A stretch of DNA of 64,000 bases, taken from positions 58,592,001 through 58,656,000 of the forward strand of contig NC_086097.1 of NCBI RefSeq assembly GCF_963921235.1, in the 5' to 3' direction. This document shows, piece after piece, positions 28,901 to 43,900 of the stretch. Below the pieces are notes generated by a model. The model was given only the letters and a program-made list of their open reading frames with translations, did no database searches and was not told the origin of the DNA. The translations under genes and the position numbers were made by a program. Every line of letters begins with the position of its first letter. Position 1 is the stretch's first letter. The stretch is from Mobula hypostoma. Taxonomy: Eukaryota.

Positions 28901-31900
28901 TTCACTAACAGATTTGACATTGTGGCCCCTGCCCATCCCACACATGAGCCATCTGTTGTCGGCCCCCAACCAACACATATTCCACTCTCCCCTCCTACCC
29001 CTCCTCACAGCCCCCCACCCTGCTCTCATGACTATACCCCTTCCCCACACGAAACCACCACGGTGGGCTTCACGGCTGAACAGGTGAGAAGACAGCTGAA
29101 ACGTCTCAACCCAAGTAAGGCTGCAGGACCGGATGGTATCAGTACCAGGGTGCTCAAAGCCTGTGCCCCTCAGCTATGTAGAGTACTTCGCCACGTATTC
29201 AACCTGAGCCTGAGGCTCCAGAGGGCTCCTGTGCTGTGGAAGATGTCCTGCCCGGTGGCATTGACCTCCCACATCATGAAGACCCTGGAGAGACTTGTTC
29301 CGGAGCTGCTCCAGCCTATGGTCAGGCCACACTTAGATCCCCTCCAGTTCGCTTACCAGCCCCGACTAGGAGTTGAGGATGCCATCGTCTACCTGCTGAA
29401 CCGTGTCTACGCCCACCTGGACAAGCCAGCGAGCACTGTGAGGGTCATGTTTTTTGACTTCTCCAGTGCATTCAACACCATCCACCCTGCTCTGCTGGGG
29501 GAGAAGCTGACAGCGATGCAGGTGGATGCTTCCCTGGTATCATGGATTCTTGATTACCTGACTGGCAGACCACAGTACGTGTGCTTGCAACACTGTGTGT
29601 CCGACAGAGTGATCAGCAGCACTGGGGCTCCACAGGGGACTGTCTTGTCTCCCTTTCTCTTCACCATTTACACCTTGGACTTCAACTACTGCACAGAGTC
29701 TTGTTATCTTCAGAAGTTTTTGGATGACTCTGCCATAGTTGGATGCATCAGCAAGGGAGATGAGGCTGAGTACAGGGCTATGGTAGGAAACTTTGTCACA
29801 TGGTGTGAGCAGAATTATCTGCAGCTTAATGTGAAAGAGACTAAGGAGTTGGTGGTAGACCTGAGGAGAGCTAAGGTACTGGTGATCCCTGTTTCCATCC
29901 AGGGGGTCAGTGTGGATATGGTGGAGGATTACAAATACCTGGGGATACGAATTGACAATAAACTGGACTGGTCTAAGAACACTGAGGCTGTTTACAAGAA
30001 GGGTCAGAGCCATCTCTATTTCCTGAGGAGACTGAAGTCCTTTAACATCTGCCGGACGATGCTGAGGATGTTCTACGAGTCTGTGGTGGCCAGTGCTATC
30101 ATTTTGCTGTTGTGTGCTGGGGCAGCAAGCTGAGGGTAGCAGACACCAACAGAATCAACAAACTCATTCATAGGCCAGTGATGTTGTGGGGATGGAACTG
30201 GACTCTCTCACAGTGGTGTCTGAAAAGAGGATGCTGTCCAAGTTGCATACCATCTTGGTCAATGTTTCCCATCCACTACATAATGTACTGGGTGGGCACA
30301 GGAGTACATTCAGCCAGAGACTCATCCCACGGAGATGCAGCACAGAGCGTCATAGGAAGTCATTCCTGCCTGTGGCCATCAAACTTTACAACTCCTCTCT
30401 TGGAGGGTCAGACCCCCTGAGCCAATAGGCTGGTCCTGGACTTATTTCATAATTTCCTGGCATAACTTACATATTACTATTTAACTATTTATGGTTCTAT
30501 TACTATTTATTATTTATGGTGCAACTGTAACAAAAACCAATTTCCCCCAGGATCAATAAAGTATGACTATGACTGTGACTATGACTATGACAAGATGCAG
30601 GATAGATATGTCCCAATGAGGAAGAAGTTCTCAAATGGCAGAGGTAGGCAACCGTGACTGACAAAGGAAGTTAGGGACTGTAGAAAAGCCAAGGGAGGAC
30701 ATATAAGCTAGCACAAGTGAGTGGGAGGTTGAATGATTGGGAAGCATTTACAATCCAACAAAAGGCAACTAAAAAAGCTATAAGATGAAATATGGGGGCA
30801 AACTAGCCAATAATATAAAGAAGGATGCCAAATGTTTTTTTCAGTTATATAAAGAGAAAAGGGGAAGTGAGTGTTGATATTAGACCACTGAAAAGTGATG
30901 CTGGTGAGGTAGTAATGGGGGACAAAGAAGCGGCAGATGAACCTAATGGGTACTTAGCATCAGTCCTCACTGTGGAAAACACAAGCAGAGTGCCAGAGGT
31001 CTGTGAGTGTCAGGGAGCAGGAGTGAGTGCCATTGCTATTACAAAGGAAGAAGTGCTAGGCAAACTTCAAAGTCTAAAGGTAGATAAGTCACCTGGACCA
31101 GATGGACTACATCTCAGAGTCCTGTGAGAGGTTGCTGAAGAGATAACGGATGAATTGGTCATGATCTTTCAAGAATCACTTGATTCTGGCATGGTCTCGA
31201 AGGACTGGAAGACTGCAAATGTCACTCCTCTTTTTGAGAAGGGAGGAAGGCAAAGGAAAGGAAACTATAGGCCAGTTAGCCTAACCTCAGTGGCTGGGGA
31301 AGTGTTGGAGTCTATTATTAAGGATGAGGTTTTGGGGTACCTGGAGACAAATGATAAGTCAAAGTCAGCATGGATTCTGTAAAAGGAAATCTTGCCTGAC
31401 AAATCTGTTAAGAGTTCTTCGAGGAAGTAACACGCAGGGTGGACAAAGGAGTCCCTGTGCAAGCTCCCAGAAGGTTAAATTACAGTTTGAGTCTGTGGTA
31501 AAGATGGCAAATGCAATGTTGGCATTTATTTCAAGGGGAATAGAATATAAAAGCAAGGAGATAATGCTAAGCCTTTATAAGACACTAGTCAGTCTGCACT
31601 TGGAGTATTGTCAACAGTTTTGGGCCCCATAGCTCAGAAAGGATGTGTGGTGGGGGTATCCAGAACTAGAGGGCACAGCCTCAAATTTGAGGGGCAACCT
31701 TTTAGAACAGAAGTAAGGAGGAATTTTTTTAGCCAGAGAGTAGCGAATCTGTGGAATGCTGTGCCAGAGACTGTGGTGGAGGCCAAGTCTGTGGGTATAT
31801 TTAAGGAGGAAGTTGATTGTTTCCTGATTGGTCAGGGCATAAAAGGATATGGTAAGAAGGCAGGTGTATGGGGTTGAGTTGGATCCGGGATCAGCCATGA

Positions 31901-34900
31901 TGAAATGGTTGAGTAGACTCGATGCCATGAATGGCCTAATTCTGCTCCTATAACTTATGGTCCAATATACAAGTTAGTAGTCTAATAGAAAAGCCTTCAC
32001 TTGACTGGATGAATTTAACTCCAACATCTAGGACAAAGCACCGTACAAGAAGCACCCTTCCACATCCTGAGCTTGCACTACTTCCACCACTAGTACCCTG
32101 CGCACTAAAATTCTCCAAGTATTTTCACTAGAAAGATTGCAGAGGTTCATGACAAAAACTCACCACTGTTTCCTCAAGAATGTTCAAAGAAACGCAATTC
32201 CATCTTTGCAAGTAACTCCCACATTCCATTAATGAGTTAAAATACTAAGACTTTGTGGAACTTCTTTAAAATTCTAAGCATTTTCCTTAGTTTCTAAACC
32301 ACATAATATTGTTGATGCTACCAAAAGAATTATTTAAATATATTAAAAAATCCAACCTGTAAAGATGTTGTCCGTAACTTTTCAATTTCTGTTTTATAGT
32401 ATTCAATGAGGGCACTTAATTCATCAGTAATTTTCTCCCTATTCAAACAAAGTAACTTTTATTATTTAAGCAATAGTAACACTAATCACTTCTGCACACT
32501 GTACAACTAATCAAGTTGTGTTCTCTATTTAAGAATTTAACTACATAAAACCAATAAATAAGTCAGGTTCAATTACAGGTTATATTGGATGCAGAACAAA
32601 GTCCATTTGTCTCATTACAACTGCAATAATTGCAGTCAGCCAAGATGTTTTCCTATACATATTTATTATCAAACACACATGATAGGTTAGATTTAAACAA
32701 AACACATATAGATTTTGCTTTAGATTTAAGTAAGCAGCAATTTCATAGTTAACTCCATTAAAAAAATACACTGGCTCTAAATATGCTCCTGGTAACTCTA
32801 GTTGGAGACTGAGCAGAAATCTTGGGAATAACTTCAAAAAACCAAGATATTATTTGAACTTCTACTAAGTAGCATGAGGAACATTGCCTTCCTCACTCCA
32901 CTATCATTTTCCCCTCCTCACTCCCTCTCTCTTAATCAATTCATTTTCTAACCATCCCTTTTTTTCCTCTTTCAGTTTCTGCTCCCTCCATTTTATTATT
33001 TTCTATTCCATCTCTTCTTGCTTTCTTTCTGCTACCTCATTCACTCCTTACATTTCAGCTCCATTGGCCCTTCCCTTTGGATGCGTTTTCCTCACCTTCA
33101 CCTCAACTGCTTCTTCCACAAGTCCACATCCTTATCCTTTCTCCTCCTCCACTTGGCATTTTTACCTCCACTGCCTCCAAAATATCAATGTTATCATTGT
33201 GCTCTCTCTATTCCCTTCTCCACAACCACACTCCTTTTCCTTTCCTAAGACATATCCTCTAGCACTCTACTCTTCAACATCTTTAAAGACTGATATGGGA
33301 TCACTTTTAATTGATAGAACAAGCATACTCAGAGGTTTTACTGTTTTGCATCTATGTGTGATGCTTACAGAGTAAGTTCGCTTTTTTCCTGCATTGTACA
33401 TGCATATCCTTAAATTTAGTTAAATATAATGGAATAAAAGTACTTTCAGCACTGGTTTATTTTGCACCAGTGTTTTCTCTATTTTATAATAAACTGTGCG
33501 ATAACATTTTATGAAATAGAATTTGCTTTTACTTCTTTTTAATTAGATCTTCAATTGTTTTCAATTTTTCATTGTGTTCACGTTGAAGAGACCTTTCTTG
33601 CTCTAGTAAAACTGTATTCTCCGCTCTTAATTTTGCTGCTTTCTGCAAATATTGGGAAAAAAAACAGTAATTTACAACAATACTTAAGAGCAAAAATTTT
33701 ATTCTATCAGGTATGAATAGAAATGCAAGTGCAAAACTAATTCTACCCTAATTCTACCTAATCGTGGTTCAAAAATGTTTATAAATGACAAAACACAAGC
33801 TGTAGCCTCACAGTTATTGCTCTAGAGTACAATGGATTCACTCTTCGTTCAACTATTATTTCTAACACAGCCTTCTATAAAGAGTTCCTCTTAATTTTCT
33901 TTCACAATAAGACAACTTATTTAGTACTTCATGTGATAAAAATGCCAAGGTACTTCATTGGAGTGTTGTCAAGCAGCAATCAGTTCACCACCCTCAAGCA
34001 TCAAAAGATTTGTTATCTCAGTCTGTTGTTGGCCACAGAACCTCTCCCTCATTTATGGCTTCCTGTGTAATTGAAATAAAGCTTACATTTTATTAGGCAT
34101 CCACCAGAATCAATTTCATGATTTAACAGTACAAGAACAGAATCACTGCTCCTATTTTTTTCTGGACAGTAGAGAAGTACTTGATTAATTCTTTCTTCTA
34201 TTCCTTTATGACAAATACCATTCCATCTGCCTTCCACCCCTGTATAAATAATTCTCTTTGGTCTTTCACCTCCAGCTTGCTCTATTTTTTGTTCAAAGTC
34301 TAGTACACCTTTAACTGCTCAGAGGGAAGGTTATCAATCTGAAACATAACATCTGAAGAGAGAAGCAGAATTAATCTGGTCACTGGTAAATCTGGTATTT
34401 TCTATTTTATTTCAAAACTCTATCATTTATTAAATTTTACTTTTGCATTAATGATTACCTGTTTGTCTTACTGTAATTCTTACCTCCTCCTGGAGCAACA
34501 TATTCTCATTTAACTTGTCCAGTTCCATCTTTAAGTCATCAAGTTTGTTTCTCTTTTCAAAATTTATTTTGTTCTGTTCCTGAAGCAGTTGGTGTACTTC
34601 AGAACGCTGAAAGATTTACAATACGACAGAATAGCAATTACAAAGAAACAAACAGTTGAGAATTAAGGTGACAAAGTACCCAAGTCAACAAAAACAGGGA
34701 TTTAACATCAATACCTGTGCACTTAAAAAGTAGATAGAACACACCCGAATTTCTAAATAATTTAGAAATAAAGTATTTCAACTCATTTAACTATTATTCA
34801 TGTATATCAACTTAAGAACATACAGCTGTGGAAACATCAATTTTCAATCTTACATTCAATCTGCATCAGAAAATTTTAAAAGACTCAGAAATATGAAACT

Positions 34901-37900
34901 AATTAAAAGTATCTAAAAAAATGACAAAAATCTTATTAAAATTCAAGAACTGTTACTTAGCTTCTGCTCTAAAAATCAGACCACAATTTGAAGAGGGCCT
35001 TTAAGAAAATATAATGCAGAAAACTTGTATGTTAGACTTTATTAGCATGGGAAGAGGAACTAATAATCATATTTATATGAAAGTAATGTGAGTTAATTTG
35101 AGCAGGAAACATTTGTGTAAATATCTCACTAAAACATAGTTTTCCATTATCTTTTAGACAACCCACAGTACTTAATGTGTGTCTAGGATAGACTAAGGGT
35201 GTCACTAGATTCCAATCACTGAATGATAATTTCATGTTGCTTACCCTTAATAAATGGTCAGGAGAACCATTATTTGAATAATGAGAAAAAATCTATGATT
35301 AATATTTTGGTATGTAAATTAATATTGAAATATAAAATATAATTCCATCTATCTTCTTTAAAAATGAAGAATTTACTTTTGCCATTAAAGATTCCTTCGT
35401 GGTTTTAAATTCATTTCTTTTCTCATCCATTTTCTTTTTAAAATCTGCAATATCTCTGGTTTCATCCACAATTTTCTGTTTTAGATCTTGTATGTTAGCA
35501 TACGTTTCATTCAATGTGATTTGCTTATTGGCTCGATCTCCCATCACATTATTCATTAGGAATATGATGTCATTGTATCGTGCTCCTGCCTCTTGTTGTA
35601 TAGGGCTGAGAAAAGGAAAGATAAAAAGCATACAAATTATGATTGGAAATTCAACTTATTTATATATAAACATTTTTCAGTGACTTAGAAATTAATCACC
35701 AAGTTAACTCTATGGATTTGAGTATTTTGGTACATTTCCTGGTTCGTTTCCCATCTTCAATAAATTTGACTTGTGCAAAGCCCTCCATCGCATCCTCAAG
35801 CATACCAAGTCTTGTTCATCAACACTCCTCACTTATGACTTGCACTCTAGCAATGCTCAATTTTAAAGTCTCCTCAATGTTACTCCTTGTCCTTTCTAAA
35901 TCTAATTACCTTCAACCATAATCTCCGTACTCATTCAATTTTGGTAATTTGCGCATTCCCGACACTAAATGTTCCACCATTGATAGCTGGAATTTCAGCT
36001 GATTAAGGTCTGTGCTCTGCAATTCCCTTTCTCAAACAATTCACTTTTCTTGTCACCCCTTTTCATTTTAAACATTCTGTAAAATATACCTATTTTACTC
36101 CCACCTTATATAGCTTTACAAATCTTTTTGATGATTTTAACCATCTTAAAAGACTCAATATAAATTGCTGCTGACTTTGGTAAAATGCATTTTGAAAATA
36201 CTCATTAAATTTAAAAATATATTTCCATCATTCAAGGAACTGCCAGCTTACAAGGAAATACCAGATGATGCTATTGTAAAGTGAGATAATTATTTTTATA
36301 ATAACACATAAATTTTATAACACCATTACATTAACTGCATTACATTTATTTATAAGACCTTAAGATATAGAAGGAGCAGAAGCAGGCCATTCGGCTCATC
36401 GAGTCTGCTCCGCCCTTCAAGTATGGCTGATCCAATTTTTCCAGTCATTCCCACTCCACTGCCTTCTCCCCATACCCTTTGATGCCCTGGCTAATCAAGA
36501 ACCTATCTATCTCTGCCTTAAATGCACGCAATGACTTGGCCTCCATAGCCGCCCGTTGCAACAAATTCCACAGATTTACCACCCTCTGGATAAAGTAATT
36601 TCTCCGCATCTCAGTTCTAAAAGGACGTCCTTCAATCCTAAAGTCGTGCACTCTTGTCCTAGAATCCCCTACCATGGGAAATAACTTTGCCATATCTAAT
36701 CTGTTCAAGCCTTTTAACATTCGGAATGTTTCTATGAGATCCCCCCTCATTCTCCTGAACAAGGAATACAGCCCAAGAGCTGCCAGACATTTCTCATACG
36801 TAACCCTTCCATTCCCAGAATCATTATCGTGAATCTTCTCTGAACCCTCTCCAATGTCAGTATATCTGTTCTAAAATAAGGAGCCCAAAACTGCACACAA
36901 TACTCCAAGTGTCATCTCACGAGTGCCTTATAGAGCCTCAACATCACATCCCTGCCCTTGTATTCTATACCTCTAGAAATGAATGCCAACATTGCATTCA
37001 CATTCTTCACCACCAACTCAACCTGGAAGTTAACCTTTATGGTATCCTGTACAAGGATTCCCAAGTCACTTTACATCTCTGCATTTTGAATTCTCTCTCC
37101 ATCTAAATAATAGTCTACCCATTTATTTCTTTCACCAAAGTGCACGACCCTACACTATCCAACATTGTATTTCATTTGCCACTTCTTTGCCCAATCCGCA
37201 AAACTATCTAAGTCTCTCTGCTTCCTGAACACTACTCGCTCCTCTGCCTATCTTTGTATCAACAGCAAATTTAGCCACAAATCCATTAATCCCATAGTCC
37301 ATACTCCATTTCCACTTACTTATAGATGGAAAATAAATTGATCTCTCACCCTTTCATTCTAACTCAAGAATTTGAGACAAACGCAATAATTATAGGAAGA
37401 GAGTGTGTATGCAATTATTGAAGAAAAAGTTCAAAATTTCCCTGGAAGATCTGGTGCTACAGGAAACGTTGTGCGATGGTGTATGACATATAACACTGAA
37501 GGGTGTGCTGACGAAATATGCTTACCACAGAGAAGCATTTTCTTGCTCCAGCCGACAGTATTCCTTTTCAAGTTCTTTAATTTGTTGAGTCATCATCTCG
37601 ATTTTGGCCTTCATTTCATTCAAATGTGTTATTTTCGACTCTCGAGCAGCAGCAACAGCAGCTTAAAATAAAAAAGCAAAAAGAACAGAATACTAAATAT
37701 AAATTTGGGAACGTTGCCAAATATTGAGTATAGATTATTGGAAAATACATCCTAAGGCTCTGATACCGTCTCCCATCACAAAAATGTGCTAGATTGTAGG
37801 TTAATTGTTGTCACCGACTTCAACAAGATCTGTGTGGATGAGTGTGGGCCTTTGAGAACATACTGGATGTATCCAAGCCAAAAGCCACAGATGAACCAGA

Positions 37901-40900
37901 AGATTCATAGTCTACAGAGAACTAGACCTCTGGCATTCAAGACCATGTTTCAGAACTATACAAGAAGTCCAGGTACGACCTACAGAAGGCTCTATTAAGG
38001 GCAAAGAAAAGAATTCCAATTGAGGTTAGAGACAGAATCAGATGCATGCCATCTTTGGCAGGGTTTGCAGGCCATTACTTCCTTCAAAGTGAAACCTAAC
38101 AGCATGAATGGCTGTGATGTTTCATTCCCAAATGAGCTCAACAACTTTTATGCATGCTTTGAAATGGAAAATAAAACTGTGTGAATCCCTGCGGGATCTG
38201 GTGACCCTATGATTTCTGTCTCGGATGTAGATGGCAAAACATCTTTCCAACGAGTGAACCCTCGCAAGGTATCAGGCCCTGACGGTGTACCTGGTAGGGC
38301 TCTGAAAAGCTGCACCAACCAACTGGTGGGAGTGTTCAAGAACATCTTCAATCTTTCACTGTTGTATTCAGAAGATCCCTGCTTTAAAAGGTTAACAATC
38401 ATACCGGTGCCCAAGAACAGCAGAGTGAGCTGCCTGATTGAATATTACCCAGTGGCCTCACATCTACAGTGATAAAGTGCTTTGAGATGTTGGTCATGGC
38501 TAGAATCATCTCCTGCCTAAGCATGGACCTGGACCCATTGCAAATTGCCTATCGCCACAATCGGTATACAATGGATGGAATCCACCTGGCTCTCTACTTG
38601 GCCTTGGATCACCCGGACAAAAGTAATACCTATGTCAGCCTGTTGTTTATTGACTACAGATCAATGTTCAACACAATCATACCCTCAGTTCTAATCAAAC
38701 TCCAAAACATGGGCCTCTGTATCTCCATCTTCAACTGGATCCTTGACTTCCTCACCGGGAGATCACAGTCTGTGCGGATCGGAAATAATACCTCCTCCTC
38801 GCTTACAATTAACACTGGCGTAGCTCAAGGATGTGTGCTTAGCCCACTGTTCTAATCTCGTTACACCCATGATGTATGACTAGGCACAGTTCAAACGCCT
38901 TCTATTAATTTGCTGGCGACTCAACTATTGTTAGTAAAATTTCAGATGGCGATGAAGAAGTGTACAGGAGCAAGATATATCAGCTGGTTGAGTGGTGCTG
39001 CATCAACAATTTTGCACTTAACGTCAGTAAGAACAAGGAACTGATTGTGGACTTCATGGAGGGGAAGCCGATTAGTCCTCATCGAGGAATCAGAAGTGAG
39101 AAAGGTGAACAGCTTCAAGTTCCTGGATGTCAAAATCTCAGAAGATCTATCCCGGGACCAACATACTGATGCTATTACAAAAACGACTATATTTCATTCA
39201 AAGTTTGAGGAAAATTAGTATGTCACCAAAGACACTTGCAAATTCCTACAGATGTACCATGGAGAGCATTCCAACTGGTTGTATCACCGTCTGGTATGGA
39301 GGAGCCACTGCAGAAGATTAGAAAAAGCTGCAGAAATTTGTAAACTTAGCCAGCTCCATCTTCGGCATCAGCCTCCCTCGCATTGAGGACTCCTTCAAAA
39401 GGCAGTATCCGATATTATGGACCCCCATCACATAGGACATGCCCTCTTCTCAATGCTACCATGAAGGAGGATGAACAGGAGCCTAAAGGCATACACCCAA
39501 TGCATTTCTGGCATAGCTTTTTCCCTCGGCCATCAGATTTCTGAATGGACAATGAATCCATGACAACTACCTGAGTATTTTTCCATCTCTTTTAGCACTA
39601 TTTATTTAATTTATTTACACGTTTGTACATACAGTATATATCAACACACTCTCCTCTTGTTGTAATTTAGTTTTTTCATTATGCTCTGCAGTGTACTGCT
39701 GCTGCAAAACAACAAATTTCATGACATATGCCAATGATATCAAACCTGGTTCTGAATTGACAACTATAAATTAGACCTAGGAAAGGCAGGTGATAGGCAA
39801 ATCAGAGTGGAGGTGAAGGGTATACACCTTTGCTTAAAGAACTGTGAATTGTTACAATCCCTCCCCCACACCCACCCCTCCAGGTAGCTCTGAATGCTCT
39901 GCCAATCAGCATATTGAACACTAAATAGAAAATGTGGGCACATGGAGCAAAAATTGGAATAGAAGAGTGCTGATTATTGACATCAGGAGGAAGAAGCCAG
40001 AGGTCCATGAGCCTGTCCTCATTAGGGGAAAGGAGATGGAGAGGGTCAGTGCATTAAATTCCTTGGACTTAACATATCAGAGGATCTGTCCTGGGACCAG
40101 CACGTAAATGTCATCACAAAGAAGGCATAGCCGTGTCTCTACTTTCTTAGAACTTTGCATAGATTTGGCACATCATCAAAAATCTTTGAAAAATATCTTT
40201 AGAAGCACAGTGGAGAGCAACCCAATTGGTTGCACCACATAGATATAGTTGATTTTTGGGGTTCACTGAAGTGGTTTTAGGAATAGAGCAGAGAGTTAGG
40301 GTTCACTTCAGGCTTCACGGACAGAGATGGGGGTGGGTTAGAGGTCAGGCCAGAGTCTCGGCATTTGCTCTGTAGTTGGCTAGTGATCAGCATGAATGGA
40401 TGCTAGGGTGCAAATGCTGTGATTGAAGACCCCAGCAAGCACAAGGGGTCGTGATTTCCCCAGGTCAGCAAGCCACTCAAAATTGGCAGGTCCCGATTCA
40501 GAGATCTGTGTGGTCAGGAGGCACTAGGACCAGTGACCCCATCCCCTCCCAGGTCGGTGAATCGGGAACTCAAAGCCCAGAGTTCGTGGTCTTGTTAATG
40601 GTAAGTTCTAGGATCAATTCCAACTATTGAAGCTATAAAGTCAAAGTTACAAGTCTGAGTCCGAGCCAGCAAGTCCAGAGGTCTAGGCTCTATGTTTGAG
40701 TCTCTGCGTCTATGTCCACTAGGGAAGTCAGAGACCTGATAATCTATGAATCTACACTGGAGGCTGGAGGCCCAGGGGTGGCCTGTTCTAGAGGTAGAGG
40801 CTTGTCTGTGCTTGTGAGTGGGTGGGAGAGAGGAAAAGGGACTCTTTTTTTTTTACTGTTGTTTTGTTTTGTTACTGTTGTGTTGTTGTTGTTGCTTGGA

Positions 40901-43900
40901 TTGTTCTGCTGAACATCGTGGGCATATTATGTTGATGCCAGAATGTGTGGTGACACTTGTAGGCAGCCCTCAGTACATCCTTAGGTCATGCTGGTTGTTA
41001 ACACAAACACAAGAACATAAGAACATAAGAAATAGGAGTAGGAGTAGGCCATCTGGGTTGGCTAATCTGGCCTACCTGCCTTTTCCCCATAACCTTTAAT
41101 TCCCCTACTAAGCAAAAATCTATCCAACCTTGTTTTAAATATATTTACTGAGGTAGCCTCCACTGCTTCATTGGGCAGAGGATTCCACAGATTCACCACT
41201 CTCTGGGAAAAGCAGTTGGTCCTCATCTCTGTCTGATGGATCCATTTCTTTCCAGATGCCTTGCTATTTCTTCTTTAATGATAACTTCAAGCATTTTCCC
41301 AACTACAGATGTTAAACTAACTGGTCTATAGTTACCTGCCTTTTGCCTGCATTCTTTTATGAACAGTAGTGTAACATTAGCTGTCTTTTAATCCATTGGG
41401 ACCAGCCCAGAGTCCAGAGAATTTTAGTAAATTATCACCAAAGCCTCCACTATAACTTCTGCCAGTACCCTGGCATGCATTTCAAGAGGACCAGGGGACT
41501 TGTCTATCTTCAGGCCCACAAGTTTGCTTAGTACTACCTCTTTAGTGATAGCTATTGTATTGAGGTCCTCACCTCCCATCACATCCATAACATCTCTCTT
41601 TGGCATGTTAAACGTGTCCTCCACCATGAAAACAGACACAAAAGAGTCATTCAAAGCCTCTGCCTTTTCCTCATTATCCAATATCAATTCCCCTTTCTCA
41701 TCCTCAAAGGGACTTACATTCACTTTAGTCACCCTTTTCTGATTTATAGAACTATAAAAACTTTTACTATCCATTTATATATTTTATGCTAGTTTATTTT
41801 CAGAATCTAGCTTCCCTTTCAATATTGCTCACCTAGTGGTACTTTGTTGCTTTTTAAAGTTTTCCCAGTCTTCCAGCTTCCCAATACTCTTGGCGACTTT
41901 GTATACACGAGTTTTTAGTTTGATGCCTTCTTTTATTTCATTAGTTATCCATGGCTAGCTCTCCCCACCCTTACTGTCCTTGCTTTTAACTGGAATATAC
42001 TTTTGTTGAGCACCGTGAAAAATCTCTTTGAAAGTCTCTCACTGTTCCTCAACCATCCCACCATATAGCCTGTGTTCCCAGTCTACACTAGCCAAATCCT
42101 CCCTTATCCCATTGTAGACTCCATTGTTTAGGCATAATACACTGGTTTTAGATCGAATTATCGCACCTTCCATTTGTACGAGAAACTCAATCATAATGTG
42201 ATCACTCTTTCCAAGAGGATTCCTAACTACAAGATCACTAATTTAACCTGTCTCATTGCACAGGTCCAGATCTAAGCTAGCAGGTTCAGTAACATGCTTT
42301 TCAAGAAAGCCATCATGGATGTAGTCTATGAAGTCCTCCTCAAGACTGTCTCAACTAGCTTGATTCACCCAATCTATGTGAAAGTTAAAGTCCTCCACGT
42401 TAACTGCCTTTCTATTCTTACATGCCTCAGAGATTTCTCTGTTTATTATCTGTGCCACTGTATTGTTATTATTCGGTGGAATTTGGAAGAATGTGGTGGG
42501 GGGGGGGGCCTGATCTTACTGAAAACTATCGAATGTTGAAAGGCCTAGATAGAGTGGATGTGGAGAGGATGTTTTCTATAGAGGGGAATTCTTGCACCAG
42601 AAGGCACAACTTCAGAGTAGAGGGAGGTCCATTTACAATGGAGATGAGAAGGAATTTCTTTAGCCAGAGGGTGATGAATCTGTGGAATTTGTTGACACAG
42701 GCAGCTGTGGAAGCCAGGCCATTGGATTTATTTTAGGTGGAGGTTGATAAGTTCTTGATTCGTCAGGGTGTGAAAGGTTATGGGGAAAAGGAATAGGAAT
42801 GGTGTTGAGTGGGAAATAGATCAGGGATGATGAAATAATGGAGCAGACTTGATAGGCCGAAGGGCCTAATTCTGCCCCTATATCTTATGGACTTAAGGTT
42901 TTTCATTGATTCTATTGTATTTTTTGTATTTACTGTGCTTGCCTACAAGAAAAGAGGTCTCAGGGTATGTACTTTGATAAGAAATTTACTTTGCACTTCG
43001 AAGTAGCAGGGGTCTGTGGGGCTCAGAGTGTTTCCTGATTTTAATTCTCCAACTTTACTCTTTTCTCAAGAGCTCTGTCTTCATTTTAATGAACTAATCA
43101 TTAATATAAGAGTATAAACTTGCCTCAATTACACCTTCCCAAACCATTTCCTCCTGGAACTTTACTCTATTCTTCCAACTTATTTGGCTTTTCTGCAAGT
43201 CTCCTGACAACACTACCATCCAACAAGTACTTCTGATGAGTCTTGAGTCTCCTTGATTGATGATTGTTCTCCACCATGGAAGACAAGCCAAAGCTGTTTA
43301 TTTCCTCTGCAGTTAACTCTCACCTCTTCCCCTTCTTCTCAGAATCCTGTCTGCTTGGTCTCTATTTTCCTTTCTTCAGTTATGCATCTGACAGATTCAT
43401 CTTCCAGCATCTGCATTATCAGGACCAAACATATTATCCTCACAACACCAATTCCTTCAGAATTCGGAAGGAATGATTCTCTCCAGAATATCCTAAACTA
43501 CCATCTCATCTACCAACACAAGTGGAGGGGCTGCAACATCCAGCCTTTTGTATCCTCCTTCCCTTTGTCAAAGAAGCAAACTCTCTTACTAGCAAAGTAT
43601 GTATCTCTTACAATTTAGTGATGTTTTTGCCAATCACAATGAGCTCTCCTCTACCTCTAGCAGACTAGATATAATATGCATTAAAATATATATTTGGGTA
43701 GAGTTCAATAATTTCCATTCATTTTACCTATTTTTTTTTCCAGGCATCTAAAGATTTTGCTGTTCAAATTAGTCACGCAAGAAAGGAAGTTGCATTGCAT
43801 TTTCTTACCTGCTATTTGCTGTTTTAGTTTATTGGGAAGTATAGAAAGTGTGTACCGTAGTTTACTGGCTTCAATAGTTTCCACTTCAAGTATTTCATGG

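Noticed and set aside
32884..33375. 163-aa S/F/L/P-rich ORF
   Set aside because: By-product of a pyrimidine-rich low-complexity tract, antisense in an intron
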